Of a DNA stretch of 32,067 bases, positions 18,287 through 26,752 are shown one piece after another. Under the pieces are notes generated by a model. That model saw only the letters and a list, made by a program, of their open reading frames with translations, was not told where the DNA came from and ran no database searches. Source of the DNA: a virus. Taxonomy: Duplodnaviria; Caudoviricetes. The stretch lies in IMG/VR virus record IMGVR_UViG_3300010236_000007, positions 1 through 32,067 of that record; one strand, given 5' to 3'. How positions within the stretch are numbered: position 1 is the stretch's first letter; each line of letters begins with the position of its first letter. A program made the translations under genes and the position numbers.

Positions 18287-18535
18287 CTATTTTTTCGTAC
18301 TAAGTTTAGATAACCTTTTCTTTAGAATATCCTTATCCTCAAGCTTAAAGAAACAAACTATCTTTGGTAATTCATCTACATCGAAAGATACACTATGAAA
18401 TCCTTTAAACCCTTTGTAACCCTCTATCTGTTTTAAGAACATATATATCTGCTCTGAACTCCAATATCTCACATAACTTGTTATTGTTACCTGCATTATA
18501 TCTATGTCTATGTTTTTTATATCTTCTCTTTTCAT
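18287..18535 (-). CDS. Hypothetical protein
   Basis: 82 aa, abutting the next gene; ends in the LSKL junction motif. Confidence 0.7.
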   Translation of the reverse strand: MKREDIKNIDIDIMQVTITSYVRYWSSEQIYMFLKQIEGYKGFKGFHSVSFDVDELPKIVCFFKLEDKDILKKRLSKLSTKK

Positions 18536-18553
18536 TATTTTGCCTCATTTAAT

Positions 18554-18790
18554 TTAGTTTTGTTCATTAGAATTACTATTATCAATACTAAGAGGACTGA
18601 ACTGTTTTAGTATTCCTAGTATTATAAACATTCCTACGACCTCCCAAAACCCTAATTGTAAATACTTCTCAGGTAAAAAATCAAAGTATTCTGGAGCTAA
18701 CCAGTTCCAAAAGGGAGTGAAAATTATGGATAGAGAGATCTTAAACAGAATGTCTAATATCCATCCAACGATAGGTATATTGTTTAACAT
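18554..18790 (-). CDS. Small membrane protein
   Basis: 78 aa with two hydrophobic segments. Confidence 0.75.
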   Translation of the reverse strand: MLNNIPIVGWILDILFKISLSIIFTPFWNWLAPEYFDFLPEKYLQLGFWEVVGMFIILGILKQFSPLSIDNSNSNEQN

Positions 18791-18791
18791 A

Positions 18792-18905
18792 TTACTTATT
18801 GCTTAATTTAGATACACACTCTTTACACAACCCGCTTGTTAAATCTCTATACGGATACCCCTTACCACAATTCTTACAAGCAGTTAATGTTCTTAATCTC
18901 TCCAT
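18792..18905 (-). CDS. 37-aa C4 zinc-finger microprotein (not in the ORF track)
   Basis: MERLRTLTACKNCGKGYPYRDLTSGLCKECVSKLSNK. It fills the gap and has the junction motif both before its start and at its end. Confidence 0.75.
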   Translation of the reverse strand: MERLRTLTACKNCGKGYPYRDLTSGLCKECVSKLSNK

Positions 18906-19138
18906 ATATTATTGTCCCTTAATAACTTAGATAACTCTTTATGCATTTCGTACATTTCTCTCCTACCTTCCCTATACCCTTCTTCCCTTGCTTTGTCTTC
19001 ACTCTCCTTTAGTAGCTTTTCTATAAAATCCAAGGTATCGTTCGTTGCTAATGTCCGAATTGTCTTTCTAAGCGTATTCTTATAAACAATTTCTCCTATC
19101 TCTTCTATAAACCTATTTTTTAGTTCTTCTCTATCCAT
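18893..19138 (-). CDS. Hypothetical protein (DKAREEG motif)
   Basis: 81 aa; shares DKAREEGxREG with 20343..20642. Confidence 0.7.
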   Translation of the reverse strand: MDREELKNRFIEEIGEIVYKNTLRKTIRTLATNDTLDFIEKLLKESEDKAREEGYREGRREMYEMHKELSKLLRDNNIWRD

Positions 19139-19155
19139 ATTATTATTTGTTTGAT

Positions 19156-19902
19156 TTAGATACTTTTAGCTCTTATGTAACTAATCAGCACACCTTGGGC
19201 ATATCCTAGCACCTCCTCTGACCTATCTTCTAACCCCTCAAAGGATTTTAGTTTTTCTATCTTTGGCATTGCAATACTCATAAACTCTTCAAAGGAATAC
19301 TTGCCATTTTTTATTTCTAATAACAATTCTCTATTCTCATATGGCAATTTTAAGTGTCTATGAGATATCAAATCTATTCCACCACAAGCTATTCTCATAA
19401 CGTTACTAGCACTCTTGGTATTGTATCCGTATTCTTCTATTATCTTTCTTCTCTTTTCTCCTGTCTTTCCATTTAGTTTTTTCAAACGACTCATTTCACT
19501 CATACAATAAGCACCAAACTTTACCTGTATCATTTTAGGATTTACATATTGCTGTTTGTCCTTAAAGACAATCTCTTTGAAATCTGGGTCGAGTCTAAAC
19601 ACATTACTTCTAGGTGCAAAAATCCATTCTAATATATTAGGGTTGTTATCTGCCAAGAGCTTCATAAATTTCTTAACTTCATACAACTTACCATCCTCTC
19701 CAAAGTCGACATCTTCTTTGTAAGAAAAACCTAACCTCTGATTTAAGCTGGAAAAAAATACCCCCCTAAAGTCAATATCACTATCCTCATTAGCAGTTCC
19801 ATAAAGATGAGAACCACTTATGATAAAATAAGGTATTTCATACCCACTTAGTATTAACTTTTCTACTGTTTCTTTTCCTAATTTTTGTAGACCGTTATTC
19901 AC
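19156..19902 (-). CDS. Pol-beta superfamily nucleotidyltransferase (RlaP/YcgL, T4 NrdC.11-like)
   Basis: SGSHLYGTANEDSDIDFRGVF (GS...DxD), NNPNILEWIF and LLLEIKNGK; GTG start. Confidence 0.88.
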   Translation of the reverse strand: MNNGLQKLGKETVEKLILSGYEIPYFIISGSHLYGTANEDSDIDFRGVFFSSLNQRLGFSYKEDVDFGEDGKLYEVKKFMKLLADNNPNILEWIFAPRSNVFRLDPDFKEIVFKDKQQYVNPKMIQVKFGAYCMSEMSRLKKLNGKTGEKRRKIIEEYGYNTKSASNVMRIACGGIDLISHRHLKLPYENRELLLEIKNGKYSFEEFMSIAMPKIEKLKSFEGLEDRSEEVLGYAQGVLISYIRAKSI

Positions 19903-19921
19903 TTTCTCTTATTTGTTTAAC

Positions 19922-20338
19922 TTATTTACACTCAGCTTTAATTGTTGCTATCCCTATGTGCTTATCTATCTCCATACATATTTCTTCCGACTCATCAAAT
20001 AGCCATTCAAAATCTTTACTTGTATATTTCTTCCCAGTATATCCGTGTCCTATTTCTAATGCTTTCTCTTGTAATTTTCTAATTCTATTAGTGAGTTTCT
20101 TTGGCAATATCCCATCACCAATTTGTATGTCGTAAAAGTGGTCTGAAGCCCCATTTGCCCACGTTTCAAGCCAACAAGAGCATGCTTTTTCTGCGTCATC
20201 TGGATACATTTCTTTATAACTTTCTCTTAACTCCGACATAAAAGCCCAATGTTTTGCGAACAGGAAAAGGTTGTAAACAAGTCCCGTTCCGAACTCACTT
20301 TCTACTATCTTCTTTTTTGTTTTATTTTTCTTCTTCAT
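19922..20338 (-). CDS. Hypothetical protein
   Basis: 138 aa with conserved-looking SEFGTG...FAKH...WANGASDHFYD. Confidence 0.75.
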   Translation of the reverse strand: MKKKNKTKKKIVESEFGTGLVYNLFLFAKHWAFMSELRESYKEMYPDDAEKACSCWLETWANGASDHFYDIQIGDGILPKKLTNRIRKLQEKALEIGHGYTGKKYTSKDFEWLFDESEEICMEIDKHIGIATIKAECK

Positions 20339-20342
20339 ATTA

Positions 20343-20642
20343 TTATTTGTTTAATAATTTAAGTATTTCCTCAATCACTTTATAGTATTCTCCAACAAAC
20401 TCCTCTAACAGTTGATATGTTTCTGGATTTAATTTTCTAACAGCGTCCACAATGCCCTCGGCATATCCCTCTCTTTTCCCTTCTTCCCTTGCCTTGTCTA
20501 CCAACTCATCTAAATATTTAACAACCTTTTCCTCGTAAGCATTACTCTCATCTCTATATGGGCAATCTCTCCAATCTTCAAGTAAGTTCCATATATGTTC
20601 TATTATCCTGTCTATCTGTGTTTTTGTACTTTTCTTCTCCAT
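20343..20642 (-). CDS. Hypothetical protein (DKAREEG motif)
   Basis: 99 aa within the gene chain. Confidence 0.7.
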   Translation of the reverse strand: MEKKSTKTQIDRIIEHIWNLLEDWRDCPYRDESNAYEEKVVKYLDELVDKAREEGKREGYAEGIVDAVRKLNPETYQLLEEFVGEYYKVIEEILKLLNK

Positions 20643-20643
20643 A

Positions 20644-20862
20644 TTACTTATTGTCCTTTAATTTAGATAACTTCTTCTGTATTCTCCTTTTAATAATATG
20701 CCATATTGGTTCATCTTCCTGTTCCAAACTAAAAGAGATACTTGTCTCCTCTAATTTTTCAAAGCCTTCCCTAACCTTATCTAACTGCTTAATAAACTGC
20801 TCACCATTTAACCTCACAGATAATTCTAAATCCTGTAATCCTTTTTTCTTTTTGTTTGCCAT
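20644..20862 (-). CDS. Hypothetical protein
   Basis: 72 aa; ends LSKLKDNK. Confidence 0.65.
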   Translation of the reverse strand: MANKKKKGLQDLELSVRLNGEQFIKQLDKVREGFEKLEETSISFSLEQEDEPIWHIIKRRIQKKLSKLKDNK

Positions 20863-20892
20863 ACAAATATATAAATAATTTTAATTACTCAT

Positions 20893-21092
20893 AGATGGTG
20901 GGGGTAGTCCTGATACCCTGCTAACCACTCTCTCAGGACTGTATCCCCTGTTAGCTGTTTCACCATCTCTGAACAATCAAAGAGACCCACGAGGTACTGC
21001 CCCAACCTCATGAGTCTTTCTAAGGGGGGAAGTCTAGGTACTCCTAGAGTCCACGAACATTTCATGAACTTTACTTCGGGTTCTTCCCCCTA
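20893..21092 (-). ncRNA. Unidentified structured RNA (three domains, candidate pseudoknot)
   Basis: GC-richer intergenic block holding a three-way junction, a 13-bp hairpin and a bulged stem. The stem mismatches resolve as G-U pairs on the minus strand. Confidence 0.6.
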
Positions 21093-21098
21093 AAAATT

Positions 21099-21206
21099 TT
21101 AAAGAGCTACTACTAAAACTATCAAGATCCCCATAACTAATAAAGTAATTAGAGCCATACCGAAAGCAATAAACAATATTGCTAGGTCTTTTTGTAAATC
21201 TTTCAT
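21099..21206 (-). CDS. 35-aa single-pass membrane microprotein (not in the ORF track)
   Basis: MKDLQKDLAILFIAFGMALITLLVMGILIVLVVAL. A perfect junction motif lies 16 nt upstream, and the start is 1 nt after the previous stop. Confidence 0.7.
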   Translation of the reverse strand: MKDLQKDLAILFIAFGMALITLLVMGILIVLVVAL

Positions 21207-21207
21207 T

Positions 21208-22113
21208 TTATTGACCAATCCCTAATTTAGATAATAATCTGTTGACTTTCTTTATAATTCTTTCATCAATCACATCTCTTGCCTCCATACTAGGAACATA
21301 CTCATTGTCTATCCAGTCCTTCAAATTACTTAACTCACTTCTGGTAAATGTCCTCTCTTCTAGGAGTTGTTTTACTTCCTTTCTTATTTCAGAGATTATC
21401 TGCTCATCTGACTTTGCACCTTCCCCTATAGCAAATTGAGTTGGTCTAAGAGGTGAAGTAAGTTGTAATAATAATTCCCTTATCTTATCTTCCCACTCTT
21501 CTGTCTGCTCTAGGGTGTCCTCCTCTTTTTCGTGGCTCCACCTATATCCTCTGCAAAAATCACAATCACAACCCTTTGTTGGGTCTGTCCACTCTGTTGT
21601 GTCCTGTTCTTTCCATTTATCTCCATCATACACCCAAGAAGCAACTAACTTGGCATCCTTTAATCTCTCCTCCGAAGTGTCCTCAAGTATTCTTTTCTCT
21701 TTACCTGCGTCTTCACTCTTTTTTCTTACTTTGTAGGTAGCCCCTGTAACTGGATTGTGTAAATCTATATATTCTCTCGGCTCTTCATTCTCTGGTTTTA
21801 CATATATCACCCTTTTTTCCCATTCACCTCCTTGGATACACTCTTCACAAATGGTTTTCCCGTGTTTTGTACAAACCATTAGTTCTACTACAGTACCCTC
21901 CGATTCCTTCCATTTATAGCTATCTAACTCCCTTTTCATACTTCTATATAGTGTTCCATCTACTGTAATGCTGTCTCTGGTGTTTAAGTAGTCTATGATC
22001 TCATTAACTTTCTCTCCTACTTCTTTTAGCTCTATAAAGTTTCCTTTATTGTCTCTCAGACCCATAAAGAATTTAGTGTCTGGAATATTTAACTTTTCTA
22101 TTCTCTTTTTCAT
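21208..22113 (-). CDS. Hypothetical mosaic protein
   Basis: 301 aa with CTKH...CEEC and CDCDFC clusters and repeated EDT/EQDTTEW linkers. Confidence 0.7.
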   Translation of the reverse strand: MKKRIEKLNIPDTKFFMGLRDNKGNFIELKEVGEKVNEIIDYLNTRDSITVDGTLYRSMKRELDSYKWKESEGTVVELMVCTKHGKTICEECIQGGEWEKRVIYVKPENEEPREYIDLHNPVTGATYKVRKKSEDAGKEKRILEDTSEERLKDAKLVASWVYDGDKWKEQDTTEWTDPTKGCDCDFCRGYRWSHEKEEDTLEQTEEWEDKIRELLLQLTSPLRPTQFAIGEGAKSDEQIISEIRKEVKQLLEERTFTRSELSNLKDWIDNEYVPSMEARDVIDERIIKKVNRLLSKLGIGQ

Positions 22114-23327
22114 TTATTTTTATTACTTAGCTTAGGTAATTCTTTAACCTCCCCTTCTTCAATATAAAATCCAACTTCTCCAGAATCATCCACTATTTCG
22201 ATCCATACCTGAAAATCTTCATCGTCTGCCATTTCCTCTATTACTTTGAGGTTGTCCACATCTAATAGGCTACCATCCAAAATTCTAATCACTCTGAGTT
22301 CTGGATTCATTGCCATTGCAATGCTTAATGACACCCTTAGCCTCTCTGCTCCTGATAACTGGTCAAATGGGATTTCATTATATAGAACCTTCCCATCGGA
22401 GATATTTAAACCCTCTATAGGCATCTTACTCTCAGCAATTAACTTCTCTCTTGTTGCCCTGTTCTCATTTATAGAGACGTTTAACTTTTCGTAATCTTCT
22501 ACCGAGCTAATCTTTTCTAGTTCTAGTTCTTTGTATTCACTAGCTTTGTCTATAAGCGAATTTGTCTCTGTAGCTGTCTCTAACTTTTCCTTTAACTCTT
22601 GACCTGTCTTTACATCAAAGTCCTTCTCAGTATCAGCCTTTAACTTCATTAACCTCTCAAGCTCCTTCTCCATCTTAGCAATCTCCTGCTTAATTTCTTC
22701 CATATTCGCATTACAGCCTTCAATAACTTTATATTTGTCCCTCTCCTCTTCTAACTGCTCCGAAACTTTACTTACATCTATCTTCTCCATGGTGAAATAC
22801 TTATCATCGGGCTTTTCAACCTTTGCTTTTGCGGTTAACTCTTTGACTCTCCTATTTGCAAATGTCCTTTCCTGATAGAGTTCTTCATATTCGGAATCAA
22901 TCTCTTTAAGCTTTGTACCTATTCCTAATAGATTGGTAAGAACCTCAACCTGTTCTCTATCATTCTTGTTGGCAAACTCTAAAGGGTCAAAACTAATATT
23001 CTCCACTAATGTAGATAGTTTCTCTTGAGCCTTTGGGTATTCTGCTCCTTCCTTAGTAGTTACCTTCAAATAAGTATCCTTTTCTGTAAATGTTCTAACT
23101 ATCTTAAAGTCTCCTAAATCCATCTCTATATTAGCATGATCCTCTCCTTCTCTAATAGGTTTAGAGGGAATAGCCTTTTTTCCCGCTAATGCATATAGGA
23201 TTGAATCTAAAACACTTGTCTTCCCTTGTGCATTCTTACCCGTAATCTTCACCAAGTTTGAAGAAGGTGTTATCTCAACTGCTTTCAGTTTTTTGATATT
23301 CTCAGCCTGCAATTTTATAATCTTCAT
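22110..23327 (-). CDS. SMC/Rad50/RecN-like ABC ATPase
   Basis: Walker A GKNAQGKTS, central coiled coil, signature LSGAE and Walker B IRILDGS. Confidence 0.9.
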   Translation of the reverse strand: MKIIKLQAENIKKLKAVEITPSSNLVKITGKNAQGKTSVLDSILYALAGKKAIPSKPIREGEDHANIEMDLGDFKIVRTFTEKDTYLKVTTKEGAEYPKAQEKLSTLVENISFDPLEFANKNDREQVEVLTNLLGIGTKLKEIDSEYEELYQERTFANRRVKELTAKAKVEKPDDKYFTMEKIDVSKVSEQLEEERDKYKVIEGCNANMEEIKQEIAKMEKELERLMKLKADTEKDFDVKTGQELKEKLETATETNSLIDKASEYKELELEKISSVEDYEKLNVSINENRATREKLIAESKMPIEGLNISDGKVLYNEIPFDQLSGAERLRVSLSIAMAMNPELRVIRILDGSLLDVDNLKVIEEMADDEDFQVWIEIVDDSGEVGFYIEEGEVKELPKLSNKNK

Positions 23328-23361
23328 CTTAAATATATAAGTAAATTTAAATTAACTCCCT

Positions 23362-24054
23362 TTATAATCCATTCAAAGAATTTAGGTATTCTCTACAATC
23401 TACTATTCTTTCTTTAAGCTTTTCAATATCTTCATCATTTCTTTCAAAGTAAAACAGTTTCATTCTTAACTCTTCTGGAATATCCTTGTAAACCATTTGG
23501 AAACGTATCTCTTCCTCTAGCTTCTCGTATTCTTTATCTGTATCAATAATCCCTCTCTTATAGGCTTTTCTTTGTACTTCCTGATATATTAAATGCTCTG
23601 GAGTATCAACTAATGTGTAAGCTAATATTGCTTTGTCTTTGCCTGTTAGCCACATATAACCTTGCAGTTGCCAATAGTAGTCTTTATTAGATCCATCAGC
23701 ATTTGCAAATGTAAATATATTCCAAGAAGTTTTAATGTCGAGAACATTATCATCCTCTATAATATCGGGAGTTCCTTTAATCCAATCATTCTCTAAGTGT
23801 TCTTTGTTCTTAACTAAGAGCCTATCAAGTTGATTCGTTACCAACGTTAAGGAGTCCTCTTCCGCATAATTACCTTTGTCTAGGTATTTATTTTCTATTT
23901 CATAGTATCTTCCGAACTGCTCTCCTATGTAGATTTCTAATAGGTTTTGTTCTGTTGTTTTAGATATCTTTGCTTTTTTACTTCTAGGATTAGTCATGAG
24001 ATGTCCTAGTCCTGAAGCCCTGAACTTATGATTTGAAAAGTCGTGGTTTTTCAT
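23362..24054 (-). CDS. YqaJ / lambda-exonuclease-like nuclease
   Basis: FRAS...KGNYAE...GTPD...DIKTS...YYWQLQGYM (PD-(D/E)xK). Confidence 0.88.
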   Translation of the reverse strand: MKNHDFSNHKFRASGLGHLMTNPRSKKAKISKTTEQNLLEIYIGEQFGRYYEIENKYLDKGNYAEEDSLTLVTNQLDRLLVKNKEHLENDWIKGTPDIIEDDNVLDIKTSWNIFTFANADGSNKDYYWQLQGYMWLTGKDKAILAYTLVDTPEHLIYQEVQRKAYKRGIIDTDKEYEKLEEEIRFQMVYKDIPEELRMKLFYFERNDEDIEKLKERIVDCREYLNSLNGL

Positions 24055-24072
24055 ATAATTGTGTTTAAAAAT

Positions 24073-24963
24073 TTATTTCTTAACTTTACCACCTAATTTC
24101 TTAACTCGCTCTTCGTATAACTCGATTAGCTCTTGATTCTCTGATTCGTATACTCCATCGTTAGCTTCTTGTAGTTTCTCTAGTGTTTCCGATCCTTCTA
24201 TCCATCCTTTTAGTCTGGAAGCTTCTTTGTCCTGCATAACCTCTTCTAGTGAAGGTATTTTGTTATCTGGATATATCAGGTTTCCATCCATATCGTAAGT
24301 AGCCTGATCTGTAATAACAGCCTGTTGCATTTCTATAGATAATGGAGCGTACTTGGAAAGCAATAGTTTCAATACGGTCTTTCTAGCCATTGAGTCAAAT
24401 TCATCCTCCCACATTCCATAACCTTTCTTAAATGTCTGAGAATATTTCTTACCATGATCCTTTAATTCTTCCTTTGTCATGTATAAAACTTTCTCAAAAC
24501 CATTAAGGAGTTTAAAGTAACTCGCATAGCCTACTATCTTATCCGATTCTTTGTTCTTAAAATTGAACTGGTAGCCTTCTAAGGGATTATCTGATTCAAT
24601 CTGTCCTTCATATATCGGAGTCGCTGAAATGGTCTTAAACTGTCCTGAGCGCGTTGCTAACTGTATGAAAGCCTTGTACCCGAACTGTAGTTGAGCCGAA
24701 GTTACTCCTGTCTTCTTATCCTTGTATGGAATTATGTAAACAAAACCCAAATTCTGATTTACTGGAAGATCCATTGCTGTCGCTGTTAAACATGCTCCAA
24801 CTAATGAGTTAGGAGTACATTCTGCCAGTTGAGGATTATCATTTGTTAAAGCAGTTACACTTATGATGAACTGAGAAGCCTTGTCTTTCAATAACTCTCT
24901 TATTCTTCCCTGAACTACATCCCCTTCGAGGTATTTTTTTACTGCTAATTTATTATTACTCAT
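24073..24963 (-). CDS. recT: RecT-family single-strand annealing protein
   Basis: DLPVNQNLGFVYIIPY...AQLQFGYKAFIQLATRSG...FDSMARKTVLK. The start is probably ATG 24963. Confidence 0.93.
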   Translation of the reverse strand: MSNNKLAVKKYLEGDVVQGRIRELLKDKASQFIISVTALTNDNPQLAECTPNSLVGACLTATAMDLPVNQNLGFVYIIPYKDKKTGVTSAQLQFGYKAFIQLATRSGQFKTISATPIYEGQIESDNPLEGYQFNFKNKESDKIVGYASYFKLLNGFEKVLYMTKEELKDHGKKYSQTFKKGYGMWEDEFDSMARKTVLKLLLSKYAPLSIEMQQAVITDQATYDMDGNLIYPDNKIPSLEEVMQDKEASRLKGWIEGSETLEKLQEANDGVYESENQELIELYEERVKKLGGKVKK

Positions 24964-25030
24964 ATTTATAATGTTAAACTTATGTATAATATATGCTACA
25001 CATATCACATATGAATGTCAAGCCCTTGTT

Positions 25031-25157
25031 ACTTAAGCATGTGGAGTCGAACCACATAACGGCATTCTTAGGAGATATGAACCCCTTGTCCCGCTTTCGC
25101 AGTTGGACTGCCCACCTAACACTTTGGTATCCCCTTACCCCCTTGGATAGCTTAAGT
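25031..25157 (-). ncRNA. tRNA-like RNA with an enlarged anticodon region
   Basis: Terminal stem ACTTAAGC/GCTTAAGT, T-arm ATGTGG-TTCGACT-CCACAT, and D-like arm TATCC-AAGGGGGTAAGG-GGATA. No assignable anticodon or CCA. Confidence 0.6.
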
Positions 25158-25162
25158 GCCAA

Positions 25163-25627
25163 TTACCTGTTAAATACATCTAAAAAGAACAACGAAATGA
25201 ACCCTAGGACTAAATTAAACGTAGCTTTATCATAATTGTCATTATAAACATTGATTACTACGAAAACTGCTAAAACTACTATTACAAAACTCAATAGTAA
25301 ACTCATTACATTCTCTAAGAGCCTATTTTCTTTCTGTACTGGTTCAAGACTTGATAAGATATTCTGTGTTAACTCCCGAGCCTCCCTCTTTATTTGTTTC
25401 TCGAATTCAAACCTCTGCTTGGTAAGATCTTCTATATAATCTGGAAAGTTTACGACTATTAGCTCTGCTGTTTCCTGATCTGTTATGTCTTTATATCTTC
25501 CCTGTTTAAGAAACTCCATAATCTCCTCGCATGTAGAACTTGTACACTTATTTTCCTTGTGTGCCTCCATCCATGCGTAAGCTGTCTTTATCATTTCATC
25601 TGCTTCTATGAATAATCTGTTTGACAT
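25163..25627 (-). CDS. Hypothetical protein with two C-terminal TM segments
   Basis: 154 aa with a hydrophobic C-terminus. Confidence 0.7.
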   Translation of the reverse strand: MSNRLFIEADEMIKTAYAWMEAHKENKCTSSTCEEIMEFLKQGRYKDITDQETAELIVVNFPDYIEDLTKQRFEFEKQIKREARELTQNILSSLEPVQKENRLLENVMSLLLSFVIVVLAVFVVINVYNDNYDKATFNLVLGFISLFFLDVFNR

Positions 25628-25653
25628 TTAAATAATTTATAAAAATTTATATA

Positions 25654-25959
25654 TTACATGTTTGCGAACATGTCTATCGGATGTCCCTTTGACATCGATT
25701 CTCTCTGCGCTTGGATCTCTTTGCTTCCCATTAATTCTGGATTTTCTTCCTGAACCTTTCTTCTCGCTCTTGTTATAGACTCTAATGTTGGAGCTTCCTG
25801 TAATCCGCTATATGCTAAGACATAAATAAACCTGTCTCCATCTTGCATAGTTCTTAAAAGACCTTTCTTAGCTAACACTCTCCAGATTAAAGCCTTATCA
25901 CTATCTCTAGCCTCTTCATCTTCTATTAATATGTTTTTGACTAACTTATATAGTGTCAT
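25654..25959 (-). CDS. Hypothetical phage protein
   Basis: ARDSDKALIWRV...ESITRARRKVQEENPEL pattern. Confidence 0.75.
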   Translation of the reverse strand: MTLYKLVKNILIEDEEARDSDKALIWRVLAKKGLLRTMQDGDRFIYVLAYSGLQEAPTLESITRARRKVQEENPELMGSKEIQAQRESMSKGHPIDMFANM

Positions 25960-25976
25960 CTATTGTTTATCCTGTT

Positions 25977-26225
25977 TTAAGTTAGATAAGTTTCTTTAAT
26001 AACTTCTATAAAGCTTTCTGCTCTCAACCCTTTGAAGTCCTCTAGATTCTTTATTATTGCCTTATATGCTTTTTTCTTTTCTTGCTCCCTGATTTTATTC
26101 AGTTCTTCATCTAATTGAACAGGGTTTATCCCACAAACAGGACACCTGCTGTGAACTTCACCATCAGAATAGTAGTACTCTATTGTTTTTAGTATCCTTT
26201 GTGCCTCCATTGACATCTCTTCCAT
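25977..26225 (-). CDS. Hypothetical protein (CPVC)
   Basis: 82 aa within the gene chain. Confidence 0.65.
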   Translation of the reverse strand: MEEMSMEAQRILKTIEYYYSDGEVHSRCPVCGINPVQLDEELNKIREQEKKKAYKAIIKNLEDFKGLRAESFIEVIKETYLT

Positions 26226-26227
26226 GA

Positions 26228-26494
26228 TTACTTATATTTTAATTTAGATAACTCCTCTCTGACAACCTCTATGGTGTATCTAAACCCGTCTTGTTCAAAT
26301 ACCCACTTATCAGGATACTCTATGTGTTGACTATATATCTCTCCCCCTATCTCAACATCCTCTGCACCCTCTATTTCTTCATCACATATTCTAATCTGAA
26401 CCATATTCTCTGCCTTCAAGGACTTCATTGCCAACATCATTGATTTCTTTTGATACTTCTTCCATCTCACTATTTCATTATCCTTCTTCCACAT
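26228..26494 (-). CDS. Hypothetical protein
   Basis: 88 aa; ends LSKLKYK. Confidence 0.65.
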   Translation of the reverse strand: MWKKDNEIVRWKKYQKKSMMLAMKSLKAENMVQIRICDEEIEGAEDVEIGGEIYSQHIEYPDKWVFEQDGFRYTIEVVREELSKLKYK

Positions 26495-26499
26495 ATTAC

Positions 26500-26751
26500 T
26501 TATTTACTTAATTTAAATAAAATATTCTCTCTTTCTTCTGCCCGAATCTGGTCAATTAACCCAACCATCTCGTCTGTGGTAAGTAAGATATACTCACCTG
26601 TCAAATCTCCTCCACTTGTAATATAGTGCAATATGAAGTTAAGCCACCCATAGAGGGAACGACTATAAACCATACCTGAAACATAACACTTCCCATCTGT
26701 TTTAATCATATAATCTCCAAACTTTCTTATCGTGTATTGTTTCTTCTCCAT
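26500..26751 (-). CDS. Hypothetical protein
   Basis: Start reassigned to ATG 26751 (MEKKQY), 1 nt after the upstream stop in the recurring AATAAGTAATATG junction. Confidence 0.65.
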   Translation of the reverse strand: MEKKQYTIRKFGDYMIKTDGKCYVSGMVYSRSLYGWLNFILHYITSGGDLTGEYILLTTDEMVGLIDQIRAEERENILFKLSK

Positions 26752-26752
26752 A

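Noticed and set aside
20950-20972. GAGAUGGUG as a fluoride riboswitch core
   Set aside because: The complementary strand and downstream conserved residues are missing.
24980-25162. 60-aa ORF with a TTG start
   Set aside because: It coincides with the tRNA-like structure, which explains the sequence better.
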